The notes under the pieces are model-generated. The model made no database searches. It saw nothing but the letters and a program-made list of their open reading frames with translations, and had not been told where the DNA came from. Source: Octopus sinensis (Eukaryota). Taken from it: a DNA stretch of 64,000 nucleotides. The stretch is from assembly GCF_006345805.1 (NCBI RefSeq), contig NC_043002.1:50840001-50904000 (forward strand). The letters run 5' to 3'. The translations under genes were made by a program, and so were the position numbers. Shown piece by piece: positions 12,431 through 25,303 of the stretch. Position 1 is the stretch's first letter. The number at the start of each line of letters is the position of its first letter.

Positions 12431-13018
12431 TGTTTTGTATTAGTATCTTTTGTAATTTTTGCTCATTATCTCATAATTATTATGATTATCTTAGTTTATA
12501 TCATCATCATCATCATCGTCGTCGTCGTCGTCGTCGTTGTCGTCGTCATCGTCATCATCATCATCGTCATTCCTCCTCATTATTATTAATGCCATTAATG
12601 ATGCTGTCAATGACTTTTACTTTTGTGATTAATTAATATTTAATCCACTTCTCGTACTTCATTCTGCTTAAGTAGTACAACTTCAGCGTGTTCAAGATTT
12701 CATCAGCATGGGGGATCATATTTCTTAGCCTGCTTGAGAATGACTTGTTTTGTCTTTGGCAGTATAATTTATTATTCTTCTCTTTCCTTTTGCTTGTTAT
12801 TCATTCTTTTTCATTATCTTTGTTATCTTTTCTACTCCCATTTTAGATACCTCTACAATTGTATTCTAGCTTATCACTTTTTACAGGATTTTTTTTCTGT
12901 TTAACTAATTTTCTCTGTCTTTATATACTTTTATCTATATATTTTGTGTAACTTTACTTATGCAGTCTACAGTTTCTATATAAAAATATATTTGAAACCA
13001 CTAATGTATTTCCCTTAT

Positions 13019-13080
13019 AATAACCGAAGAAGGCGGGTATCTGCGTAAGATGTTATGTAACCGCTTGAAACATGCATATT
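13019..13080 (+). ncRNA. Hammerhead-like motif (U4C core) on a probable PLE terminus
   Basis: CCGAAGA (13024-30), 6-bp stem AGGCGG/CCGCUU, then GAAAC AUGC A. Stem I is imperfect. Confidence 0.4.
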
Positions 13081-13694
13081 AAATACATTAAATTATCCAG
13101 AATGAATTTTTGTATTATTAAACTCATATTCTGTAGGAGTGGAAATAACAGCTAACATACGTTTACTACATATGTACACGTTAAAATGTTTAGCTGGTAA
13201 TCATTTTGTATAAAAGAATTTTAACCTGTAGTATGAATTTTTGATATGCATTTTTGTAGTACCTATGACTAGTAGGAGAGAATATTTTTCTACTGCCAAG
13301 AAAGTTTGAAATCTTGACACTAAATGAAAAGGAATATATTTTTCATCATTCTGGAATCGTTAGAATTACTGAAGTGTAGTAAATATACATTTGGTTCTTC
13401 TGCTTCCTAACCACATAGTTTCGTGTCCAATGTTACAGCGTGGGATCTAGGGAAAGTGCCTTCTACTATAGATTTGGGCTGACCAAACCTTTGTGAGTGG
13501 ATAACTGGTGTTGGTGTCTTTTTGTTCTCAGAAGTTAGCTGTTCGGCAAGTAACAGGCTTTACAAAAAAAAATAATAATAAGCTCTGGAGTCGATTTGTT
13601 CGACTAAAACTCTAAAAATATAAGATATATACATACATACACACACATACACAAACATATATATATATATTATATATATATATATATAATATAT

Positions 13695-13755
<61 letters not shown>

Positions 13756-13849
13756 CATACATATATATATATATATAGTATCCCGCCAAAAATGATGGAG
13801 AATGCAAAACAACAACAGCGCAAAGGACGTGGTACATGCAAACTCTCAG

Positions 13850-13915
13850 AAAAGGAAAAAAAATGGTTTAATGTTTCGAGTAACAATCTTCTTCATAAAC
13901 AGGGAAAAGTCCAAT
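13850..13915 (-). mobile_element. Degenerate PLE terminal fragment
   Basis: Minus strand GUUU AUGAAGA AGAUUGUUACUC GAAAC AUU AAAC (13866-13900), with stem I intact and core and stem II decayed. Confidence 0.4.
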
Positions 13916-14182
13916 AGAAAGGATGACGGAGGAAGAACATTGCCAAAGATTCACATGTAGTTACATTTTGAAATGACCGGAAGGGAATGGGTGAAGAAAA
14001 GTTCTTTCTAAGACAGGAGAGTGTAAGAGAAGGAGGTATGTGTGTGTATGTGTGGGTATGTGCGTGCACGCAAGTTAGTGTGTGTATTATAGCACGTGTG
14101 TGTGCGTATATGTGTGCATATGTTGTGTGGCCTGAATAACAACACCAACAACAACCCAACAACACAACAACAACAATAATAC

Positions 14183-14278
<96 letters not shown>

Positions 14279-14291
14279 TAATAATAATAAT

Positions 14292-14435
14292 TACATCGAA
14301 AAATACCTTAAGAACTCAGGTTCGAAAAATCCTCAAGACACCTGTTGAAGGCTGGAGAGTATATCAGTCGAAACATTGTGCTAACAACAAACAATATGAG
14401 GAGAAATATCCGTCAAATGTAAATAATGTAAATAA
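14292..14435 (+). mobile_element. PLE terminal fragment with hammerhead-like motif, next to (AAT)n
   Basis: GACAC CUGUUGA A GGCUG-GAGAGUAUAU-CAGUC GAAAC AUU GUGCU at 14337-14382. Confidence 0.6.
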
Positions 14436-14499
14436 GCAATACTTTCGTTCTTATGAATAACGTTTAAAGTAATCTTGGTGGCGATTAGGAAGAAGGTGT

Positions 14500-14578
14500 G
14501 TTTGACAGTTATTTTACTAATGAAGACGATGTTGATGTTGATAGCGGTGGTGGAGATGATGATTTTGATAACGATGAC

Positions 14579-14612
<34 letters not shown>

Positions 14613-14876
14613 TTGACGACGACGACTACGAAGATGATGACGACGAGTATGAATATGACAACGATGGAAACCGTCATAATGATTATGAGCAACATCACCG
14701 TAACCATCACCGTGATGATGAAGATAGTGATGATAAATGAGGTTGATAATGATCGTGTTGATGAAGGAAGTGGCGATGATGGTGGTGGTGGTGGTGTTGG
14801 TGTTTTGGTGTTGGTGTTGGTGGGATGATGACGATGAGGAGGAGGTGGAGGGTGGCTGTGGTAGTGTTGTTGGCAT

Positions 14877-14950
<74 letters not shown>

Positions 14951-15240
14951 AACGATGATGATGATGATGGTGGTGATGACGATGAAGGTGATGACGACGA
15001 TGATGATAATGAGATTATGATAACAATGATGATGATTATGATGATTATGATGATGATGATGATGATGATGGTGATGACGATGAAGGTGATGACGACGATG
15101 ATGATAATGAGATTATGATAACAATGATGATGATTATGATGATTATGATGACGACGAAGACGTCGACGGAGATGACGACGACGACGGAGATGACGATGAT
15201 GATGACGATGATGATGACGGCAATAACGATAATGACATAC
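14500..15240. repeat. (GAT)n-rich tract with an internal 98-bp tandem duplication
   Basis: gatgaaggtgatgacgacg...gagattatgataacaatg at 14981 and 15079. Confidence 0.9.
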
Positions 15241-15399
15241 GATGCTGCTAGTAATGGTTCATGACGATGATTTAACTGAAAGTTTTGGCGAACAGAAAGC
15301 TATTTTCTCGGCGTTTCCCAGAATGATTTCATCACGGCTAAACCTCATTAATCTATTCTCGTCTCATCATATTTCGATTAACACATACACACACGTGTG

Positions 15400-15452
<53 letters not shown>

Positions 15453-15555
15453 ATACACACACACGCATACAAACATATATACGCAAACAACACACATATA
15501 CAGGTATAGGCATATATATATATATGTGCATATACATACATACGTACATACACAC

Positions 15556-15631
<76 letters not shown>

Positions 15632-16189
15632 TATACGCTTGCACGTAGCAATATGTAATTACATACACCAACACAAAATGTTATACATATTCATACTCTC
15701 TTTCTCTCTCTCTCACTCTCACTCTCTCTAGCTCTCCCTTGCTCTTTCTCACGCGTACCTCTATACTCACACACTTCTATATATTCATGTACACCCACAC
15801 ATGAATGTATGTTTAAATATATAAATTCCTCAAGAAAAATTTTTCGTCGTTGGGTAATACGTGCGTGCGCATACGCGTGTATGTGTAAGTGCTTGTGTGT
15901 GTGTGTGCGTGTGTGTATGTGTGGTGGATAGTGGGACGTCACGAATATCATCTTCGTCATCAGCACTACCTCAACCACCACAATTACAACCATCAACGTC
16001 ACCACCAGCACCGGCGCCACCTCCACCACCACCACCATCACCACCACCACCGCCGCTGCCGCCGCCACTACCGACACCACCACAACCATAACTATCACCA
16101 ATATCATCATCATCTTTACTATAACATTGTGACAGTAACATCTCATTATCAACATCATCATACATATATATATATATATTATATATATA

Positions 16190-16236
<47 letters not shown>

Positions 16237-16274
16237 ATATTATATATATATCTATATATATATATATATATATA

Positions 16275-16313
<39 letters not shown>

Positions 16314-16316
<3 letters not shown>

Positions 16317-16565
16317 GATGCACAATGGTTCAGTGGTTAGGGCAGTGGACTCGTAGTCGTAGGATCGCGGTTTCGATTCCCACGAGGCTCCGGCAGGGGG
16401 TGGTGGCGATCCCTGCTGTACTTTTTGGCCACAATTTCTGTCACTCTTTCTTCTGTTGGCCTGCTCGCTTAGCGTCATTTGAAGGCTAAAACAATGCAAA
16501 GCGCATTGTGACCAGCGATGTGTAGCAACATCTTATAGCCTGGTCGGCCACGGCGATCACGGTGA
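16314..16565 (+). mobile_element. tRNA-headed SINE, second family (cacgtgat tail), internal deletions
   Basis: A-box-like tggttcagtgg, B-box-like ggtttcgattcc. Body matches the 42868-43173 copy. Confidence 0.85.
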
Positions 16566-16603
16566 TATATATACATAGACATATGTGTGTGTGTATGTGT
16601 TAC

Positions 16604-16655
<52 letters not shown>

Positions 16656-17208
16656 GCATACACACACACACATACATATATATATACATAAACACTGGTT
16701 TGCATATTTAGTGCACACAAACACACACACGGACGCACTCACACATAGGTCTATCAAGAGCTCATTACTCGTAGTAACTCCGCTATCACTACTACCTCCG
16801 TATGCGCCAGCGCGCATGTCCATGCCTTGTACGCAGGTGAGTGCTTATGTATGCATATATGCATGGATATATGTCTGTGTGTGTATATATATTTATATTT
16901 ATGTATGTGTAACTCAGAAATACATCTGCACCTCTAATTTTCTCTCATCTGATGACCAGGTACCGCTTTAATTGCGACCGGACGCTTTGATTTCCCGCAA
17001 ACCAATAGGCTTTATCATTAGGTGGCCAAAGTTGGTGCGGTATTTTATTTCTAATAACCTGAATATTTGCTCCTAAGGACTCAATGACTTTGCGGGAAAT
17101 TCTTAATCAGCTTTACCATTATTTACCTGTTACTATGTTGTAAAACATTGCAATTGACCATGATGTTCAAAACAAATATATTTCGAAAACAGAAACAATT
17201 TGCCTGTC

Positions 17209-17662
17209 AGGTGTGACGGTGTGGTAAGAAATTTGTTTCCCAGCCACATGGTTCCAGGTACAGTCTCACTACGTAGCACCTTGGGCAAGTGTCTTGTACT
17301 ATAGCCACGGGCCGACCGTACCCTGGTGAGTAGGTTTGGTAGAGAGAAACTGTAAGAAGTCTGTCACATGTACACACACACACACACACACAACACACAC
17401 ACACACACACCACACACACACACACAAACACACATATACATAAATGTGTGTGTGTATTTTTGTGTCTGTGCTTGTCCGCGACTACCGCTTGACAACCCAT
17501 GCTGGCTTGTTTACGTCTCCGTAACTTAGCGGACCGGCAAGAGTAACCGATAGAATAAGTACCAGGCTTAAAAATACAAGTACTGGGGTCGATTCTTTCG
17601 ACTAGAAATTCTCCAAGGCGGTGCTCCAGTATGGCCGCAGTCTAGTGACTGAACCAAGCGAA
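17209..17662 (+). mobile_element. Full-length CORE-like tRNA SINE with internal (AC)/(GT) tract
   Basis: Head, accttgggcaagtgtcttg, internal microsatellite ~17370-17460 and tail. Confidence 0.85.
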
Positions 17663-19544
17663 ATATATTACAAGCGTTCGTGTTAACCACACACCGATGT
17701 GGAAACCCATAAATGTTGATCTTTCAACGGTTCAGATATATTTCTCCACCCTACTTTTAGTTCGGTTGCATCGACCCTTGTTATCTAGCTACCAATTCAA
17801 TCCAAAACAGTTTCAAATGGCAGTGAGATTCACAACAACAACAACAACCTAATGTCAGCTGTTCATTACTAAACAGATCGCGAACCTAAATATAGAACCC
17901 ATATTTTTTAGCACTTGTTACTCGATATTGTCACACTTGAACTTCGAGACAACCGTTGCAAACTGCAAGGCAATCCATCCGGCGGCATCGCGAGGTTTCT
18001 CTCTATATGTTCGTTTTGAATATATCATTCTCTCCGCCTCTTTTCTAATGTGAATCCTTTCATGAATACGCATTTTATCATTTTTAATAATATATTTTTT
18101 TAAATATTTTCTTTTTTTCCTTTTAATGTAAATTTCGTTTGAAATATATTGTTTTAAATATAGCGTTTTATCGATTTTGATAATATTTTCGTGAAATTTG
18201 AGCTAGATTTAGAACGAATAAGTGGTTTATCACTTTTATACATGTAGGCGACATATCAAAATAAATAGATGAATAAATAAATAAATAAATAAATATGCAC
18301 AGCTTTCAATTTTTTAAGTTTCACTTGTATAAATTTTACATTTTTAAAAAACTGTAGCCGCTTTAGTTTCATTTAGTTGAGTGATGGGTGGGAGAGACAA
18401 TCAAACATCTAAAAATCCAAAACGGGACGAATAGGCGCAGCTGTTTCGTCGCTCAGTATTTGGCTCGACTGATTGGGCATTCAGCGTGTTTTGTTGATAG
18501 TGCTTATTAGCGCAGGAGGCAAAAACGCGCGCACGTATACACATGTGTGCGCGCACACACACACACTCACTCGCACGCACACATACATACACACACATGG
18601 TCAGAAATATACAGATACAAATAGAAAGAGTGAGAGAGAGAGAAGGGAAGCGGGACATTAGAATTCATTAATTGGTCAGGATTGACAGAATTCCTTCACT
18701 TCATCCACGCAGAGAAGTAGAGAAAAATGCTCATAGACATAAACAGAAAGAGGGAAAGAGAGAGGGAGAGAGGGAGGGAGTGAGAGAGAGGAGGAGAGAG
18801 AAAGAGGAAAGGAGAATGAGAGAAACACTGCAACGTCTGATGTCAGATAAGTCAGAGCAGAACCACCAATGTCAAGGAGGCGGTGCCTAAATGGCTATGC
18901 GAAAATGTAACATATCCCTAAAGAATGTAAGAGGAAGATAGAAAGAAAGGGGAGAGAGGAAGGAGAGACACAAGTGAGAGAGAGGGAGAATAAATCTATT
19001 AAATAGAAAGTATAAGTGTTGAAAAATACAACAATATCACCATCTAAATGACTGTTCTGGAAAAATAATTAAAAAAGATAATTTTTCAGAGCTTACCAAT
19101 TCCGAATCAAAAATCAGATGGAGACTTTTGTGGAGGTTTTTGAAACTCACGATAAAATATTTCAAAAACAATAATTGAAGACAGTCTAATGCAAGGGAAC
19201 TTAAAACTTGAGAGAATCTAATACTTTGGCAAGAAATTGAAAGAGATTCTCTAATACAAGGACACTTTAAGCAAAAGAAAAAAAAAAGGACGACATTAGC
19301 TGGTTTATAAAGAACTAAGGAGATTTCTCAAATACATGCCACTTTTCATGAATTCATGCATTTTGATAAAAGCTTTAATGGAAAGATGTGATTAAAGAAA
19401 AGGATTTGAAGCAACTCAAATACTGGATCTAAGTTCACTTTTTGTTTTGGTGATGATCTGGTGGTACTTCTACCTGTTTCCGGTTCGTATAAACAACAAG
19501 CGTATACCCTCAATATAGTGTATAGCGTTATATATCCTCCTCCT

Positions 19545-19790
19545 CCTCCTCATCATCATCATCATCATCATCATCACCGTCAACAACAACATCATCGTTG
19601 TCATTAACATTTAATGTCCGTTTTCCATGCTGACATAGGTTGGATGTTTTGAGAGGAACTGGCCAATCCAGTTGCCATAGTTTGTTTTGCTTTGGTTTCT
19701 ACGATTGGATGCCCTTCCTAACGCCTTCCAATCCACAGAATATACTAGTTGCTTTCTACGTAGCATTAACACCCACATCAATACCATATA
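19545..19790 (-). mobile_element. RTE-related SINE fragment with (GAT)n tail
   Basis: Minus strand ggcgttaggaagggcatccaatcgtagaaacc...ccaacctatgtcagcatggaaaacggacattaaatg followed by (GAT)n. Confidence 0.6.
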
Positions 19791-20259
19791 TCTCGATACT
19801 GTGTCATCTCCTTCGTAAGGTTCAGCGTTGTCTTCCTGGGTCTCTCATATATGGGAAAATTAAGATAAACATAAGTATACTTTTACTGTTGCAGTTATTT
19901 AGAACTTTTTGTTTGGACCATCGGAGGAATCTGTTACAGAGATCTATATCTTTATAATGAAATGCAATAAAATGTTCCCCTAATGATCCAATACCGTTAG
20001 GCTACCAAATGCACTTGGAACATACGAGGCTGAGTTTTAAATAATTGTAATGCTAAAACACATAATTTATACTTGTGTTTATCAGAATTTTCCAAAATAT
20101 ATGCTCCGTACATCATAACTAGTAGCACTAGCAAATACAGTGGTAGACTAACTCCTACATCGGAAGCTGACTAGATAATAACATTCTAAGTAGAGCACTA
20201 ACTCATACAGTAGTAATCGTGCATCTAATTGTTATACACAATAGCTGGACACATACTAA

Positions 20260-20525
20260 GTCTCATTGCACAGCACCTTGGGCAAGTGTCTTAGTATAGA
20301 CCCGAGTCGAATAATACCTTGTGGTTGAATTCGATTGTCAGAAACTGTGTAAGCCTGTTGCATGTGTCTTTTTGTTTTTGTATGTCCTCCACACCGCTTG
20401 ACAACCAGGTTTTGTTTGTTTACGCCCCTGTAAATTAAACAGTTCGAGGCTTAGAAAAATAACTCTTCAAGGTGGAGCCCCAGCAAGGTCGCAGCCCACT
20501 GACTGAAAGAAGTAGAAAATGAAGC
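20260..20525 (+). mobile_element. Degenerate CORE-like SINE
   Basis: gcaccttgggcaagtgtctt ... gcttgacaacc ... gactgaaagaagtagaa. Confidence 0.65.
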
Positions 20526-20859
20526 ATAAAAGTATACATTCATATTAAGAGAAAATGAACTTCTCAAAATAAACAAGAAAATCCCCCCCACCTCACAAAA
20601 AAATTCTTAAATGTCAATGTCCTACTGCACTTATTTATGTGTTCCTACTTAATGAAAGTATATGATGCACAAGGAAGATAGCATGTCATGTAACTTAACT
20701 ATCAGTTTTTATACTAAAAATCTCATAGAGTAAAATTATGAATAAATTTAGAAATAAATTCTTACCGAAAAAGCACATCAATGAATTTAAAACAAGTTTA
20801 AAGTAGAGAAACACTGTAAGATAAATAAATAGCTTTGATCGGTTATTTCTTCATAGAAG

Positions 20860-21215
20860 TATTGATTCTTATATAAGAAATATACGGAAATAAGAAAACA
20901 TTAGCATGACTTATAATAATGTCTACATTTTAATTTTTATCATACAAACTTAATGCAATAGTGTCCCGATTAGTAAATTCGTGTACCCTGTACATTATCT
21001 TAATATTCGGACAGAATACAGATTTGAGTATTTGTAACTTCGGGGATTGCGTGACCATTAATATTTCAGTTCTCGCTGGGTTTAAAAGTCTGCTAGTGAA
21101 CTTATTATTGTTAAGCATTCTAACCTATTATTAATTTTACTTCCTTTAGAGAGGAATTTATCCTCATCATTAATATCATTGTTTCTATCTATATTAGCTT
21201 TCCTATATTTAGTAG
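20860..21215 (-). pseudogene. Penelope-like reverse transcriptase N-terminal relic (inverted piece)
   Basis: ISTKYRKA, INDEDK, NRLECL, SRLLNPARTEI (21062-21094) and VDIIISHANVFLF resemble recalled PLE RT motifs (RLINPAKSEI; II.HARKSLLF). Confidence 0.55.
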
Positions 21216-21220
21216 AAATG

Positions 21221-21840
21221 GTGTCGTGTAGCTGCCCCAATATGAAGAACATTATAATTCGTAAACACAACCAAGAACCCACTCATTGTTGTAACTGTCG
21301 AGACCCTGAAGCTTGCCCACTTGACCAGGCGTGTATGATAAACTCCGTCGTATATGAAGCAGAAGTAAACAGCAACCCTTCAAGATAATCTAGCTGAAAA
21401 GAAATCCCCTTCGAATAACATTGAGTAATGCAAAGATGATTTCAAAAACCGTTATGCAAACTACCTCTCTTCTTTTCGGCAAAAGTAACGCCGCTATGTT
21501 GGCTTACCATGCATGTAGTTTGAAGAGTATCTCCACACCGCTTCTAATCAAATGGAGAATCGTGAAGAAATCCAAACCATATAATAAGGATCTAAGAAAT
21601 TCAAATTATGCTTAGCAGAAAGATCATATATTTTTTTAGATCTAAGAATCCCACCACATGGCTTAATTCCAGATCTCAAATTTTTAGTAGGTGCAAGCAT
21701 ATGCACAGGTTTCTTTTATTGAATCGGAGGACACGAGCGGCTCAGAGTCGCGAGGATTATACCGGGAAATTTTCTAGACCTCGTTACATTATTGTTCGCT
21801 GTATTTGAAGACGAAAATTATCCGTAAATTCGCTTATGTG
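21221..21840 (+). pseudogene. Penelope-like GIY-YIG endonuclease relic and 3' end
   Basis: VSCSCPNMKNIIIRKHN, CNCRDPEACPLDQAC..SVVYEAEV, FKNRYANYLSSFR (21441), IKWRIVKKSKPY, KLCLAE, LNSRSQIFSRCKH, with frameshifts. Confidence 0.85.
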
Positions 21841-21970
21841 TAAAGCAACATATTATGTAGGGGTGGGATGGAAGCGGGAAGGAAACACTTTTTACCATTT
21901 GGAAATATGTAAATGCTGCAAGCTCGGTGAGACTGTAATATGTGCCAGAACACATAAATAATTATACCAC

Positions 21971-22014
<44 letters not shown>

Positions 22015-22026
22015 TATATATATATA

Positions 22027-22735
22027 TATAAAATAATATGTTACATTTACTCAATAGTCAAGATAAAACTCTGAGTTTCAGATGCCGAAGTGGAAATCCA
22101 CAACACCATCTCTTCGGTTATCTGGCCATCTGAAAAACGCCATGAAAACGTACACCTCTTCACTCGCATTTTTCTCCAAATATATACGCATATATATACA
22201 AACTCATACACACACGCATGCGTACCGTAAAAGTTCATACAAACGTCTATATACGCACAAGCACAAGAAAAACCATGGTTAAAGGTAACAGAAAAAAACA
22301 TAAGGAAGTATACAAAGCATAAAAACCACGTTCATATACGGACATGCCCCTATATAGACGTATATATGAACTTTTACGCTACGCATGTGTGTGTGTATGA
22401 GTTTGTATATATATGCGTATATATTTGGCAAAAAATGCGAGTGAAGATGTGTACGTTTTCATAGTGACGTATAAGTACGCACGTGGGTTCGCGAGCAGAA
22501 TCATAACATAGTAATTTTCCTTTATATAACGGTATTTTTTCATAGCGTTTTTCAGATGGCCAGATAACCGAAGAGATGGTGTTGTGGATTTCCACTTCGG
22601 CATCTGAAACTCAGAGTTTTATCTTGACTATTGAGTAAATGTAACATATTATTTTATAGATAATTTTCCTCTATTTACATAATATTGAGGTCTCTTTCTT
22701 TCTTTGGTTATCTTACCGTTTTTACCAATATGTAT
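22027..22735. mobile_element. Head-to-head inverted pair of PLE-like terminal repeats forming a palindrome
   Basis: 22027-22140 is the exact reverse complement of 22545-22658 (114 bp). 22142-22253 vs 22351-22462 differ at 7 positions. A third copy of the family lies at 56130-56825. Confidence 0.9.
22563..22623 (+). ncRNA. Hammerhead-like motif (U4C core, extra U before GAAA); mirror copy at 22062-22122 on minus
   Basis: GAUAA CCGAAGA GAUG[..GUGGAUUUCCAC..]CAUC U GAAAC UCAGA GUU UUAUC, with a perfect 5-bp stem I and quasi-palindromic ACUCAGAGU stem III. Confidence 0.5.
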
Positions 22736-22879
22736 ATATATATATACACATAATATATATATATATAAGTATGTCTATTTGTATATACACACACACAAAC
22801 ACACACATATATATATACATATATAGATAGATATAGATAGATAGTTACAGATAGATAGATATAAATATTTAATTTTTTC

Positions 22880-23215
22880 TTTTCCTTGCTTCAGTTATTG
22901 AGCTGCGGTCATGCTGGAGCACATGCGTGCAGGTTTACGTCGAAAATTATGACCCCGGTGCTTATATTTCATGCCTCCTACTTCTCTTATCTAATTTGCC
23001 AAGCTCCTAAGTTATTCAGAGGTATTTAAATCAATACTCACACATACATATATACGGATATAAAACAGTCTTCTTTCAGCTTCCCTCTGCTAAATCAACT
23101 CACACGGGTTTGGTTCATCCGGTGCTATGCAAAAAGACATATGCTCACGATGCCAAACAGTAATAAACCCAGAACCACATGGCTTGAGAAGCAAACGTCT
23201 CCACCAGACAACAAC
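22880..23215 (-). mobile_element. Degenerate CORE-like SINE
   Basis: ctgcggtcatgctggagcac tail and ttctttcagcttcc...aaatc body in reverse. Confidence 0.65.
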
Positions 23216-23580
23216 ATTCGCATATATACTAACATATATGTGTGCATGTGCGTGTGTGTGTCGTACGAAAATCTATTGTACAGTATAGCATGGCTTACGA
23301 AATACCAGTTATATAACTGACACTCTCAACATCTGATACAATACACAAACTACCAATATGCGCACACGTAAATACAGAAAAAACAGTTATATCATTTCTT
23401 TTTGACGACACGAAAATATGATAATTGGTATATAACTAATCGAACATACTTCTCTATGCATATGTACATATATGTATGTAAAACAATTGATTTATGTATA
23501 TACATATGTATACATATATATATTTACACACACACACACACATATATATGCATATATAAACACATTATATACATACATAC

Positions 23581-23621
<41 letters not shown>

Positions 23622-23629
23622 TTAAAAAA

Positions 23630-24115
23630 TATATGAGTGGATTTGCTAAACGGAAACTGAAAGAAGCCCGTCGTATATATATATATATATTATATATATA
23701 TATATAGTATATATATATATATATAATAATGCATGTGTGTTGTGTGTTTGTGTGTCTGTGTTTGCCCCCCTAGCATTGCTTGACAACCGATGCTGGTGTG
23801 TTTATGTCCTCATTACTTAGCGGTTCAGCAAAAGAGACCGATAGAATAAGTACTGGGCTTACAAAAGAATAAGTCCCGGGGTCGAGTTGCTCGATTAAAG
23901 GCGGTGCTCCAGCATGGCCGCAGTCAAATGACTGAAACAAGTAAAAGAGTAAAAAGAGAGAGAATATATATATATATATACATACATACAGGACTTATTT
24001 TTTGTAAGTCTATCGGTCTCTTTTACCGAGACGCTAAATTATGGGGACGCAAATACACCAATATCGGGTGTCAAGCGATGCAGGAGGACAAACACAGACA
24101 CACAAATACATGCAT
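23630..24115. mobile_element. Tail-to-tail pair of CORE-like SINE copies (+ 23630-23960; - 23990-24115)
   Basis: Near-consensus body and tail on plus, followed by a reverse-complement partial copy. Confidence 0.85.
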
Positions 24116-24149
24116 ACAAACATATATACATACACACACACGAACACGC

Positions 24150-24213
<64 letters not shown>

Positions 24214-24659
24214 GTATGTATTGTTATACTTGGGGATGGTTATATTTTGCCAATTAAACACACGCATTATATATCTGGACTTCACTTCAGCTTTGTTATT
24301 ACCATTTTAAATTCTTTCTCATACAAATAAATACTCACACACCCACAGACAAACACACATATAAGTATGTGTATGCGTGTATTTATATATATATCTAAAT
24401 GTGAATGTACGCACACGTGCATACCCACACAGAGGCATGAAAATATATATGCACACACATATATATATATATGTATTTATGTATGTAAAGCTGCAAAAAT
24501 TTATCAATTTCCCAGATATAAATGAACGTACATATGGAAGAGAAATGTAGCAAAATTACTATCAACTTTGCTCTTTTCACATTTCAGGGAAACATACACA
24601 TATATACATACATCGAAGCATGCATTTATATATACAGCGTATCCATATGTGATGTATAA

Positions 24660-24705
<46 letters not shown>

Positions 24706-25240
24706 GTGTGTGTGCTTGTGTGTGTGTATTTACGACTATATATATATATATACATATATATATATGTACATATGTATGAGTGTGTTTGTGTGTGTGTGTG
24801 TGTGTGTATTTGTGTGTGTGTGTATATAGATATGCCGAAAGAGAAGCAAGTGTAAAAATGGAGGGAAACGGATGGAGAGGGAGATATAGAGAAAATTGCG
24901 ACGTGGCATGTATATAATATATAAAGACACAAATGTATTTGATCGTATTGTGAAGTTGTGAAGTAGCCAATTACGAATTCCATGTAAAGTAATATAGAAT
25001 CGGATATGTAGTATTTATGATAGCTTGGCAGGTGTTGCTCAAGGAATACTTCGGTAAGCTTCATCAACACTTACATGTATCACGACCAGAATTTATGTAG
25101 CAGGTATAGTGGGTTTCTGTAACATAAATCCATCTGCCCCTTATATATAAATTTGAAGGATATATATTATATGGTAAATTAAAAGGATATATATATATAT
25201 ATATATACATTATGTCTGTGAGCTTATATATATACTTGTA

Positions 25241-25289
<49 letters not shown>

Positions 25290-25303
<14 letters not shown>

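Noticed and set aside
14981-15150. 98-bp duplication inside the (GAT)n tract
   Set aside because: Ordinary slippage or unequal exchange in low-complexity DNA.
16950-16960. Canonical CTGATGA heptamer
   Set aside because: No stem II or GAAA at a compatible distance, so not a hammerhead.
19090-19180. tttcag| followed by AYQFRIKNQMETFVEVFETHDKIFQKQ*, phase-compatible with the 4401 donor
   Set aside because: Phase match has a 1-in-3 chance, the product is tiny and unrecognised, and there is no transcript evidence.
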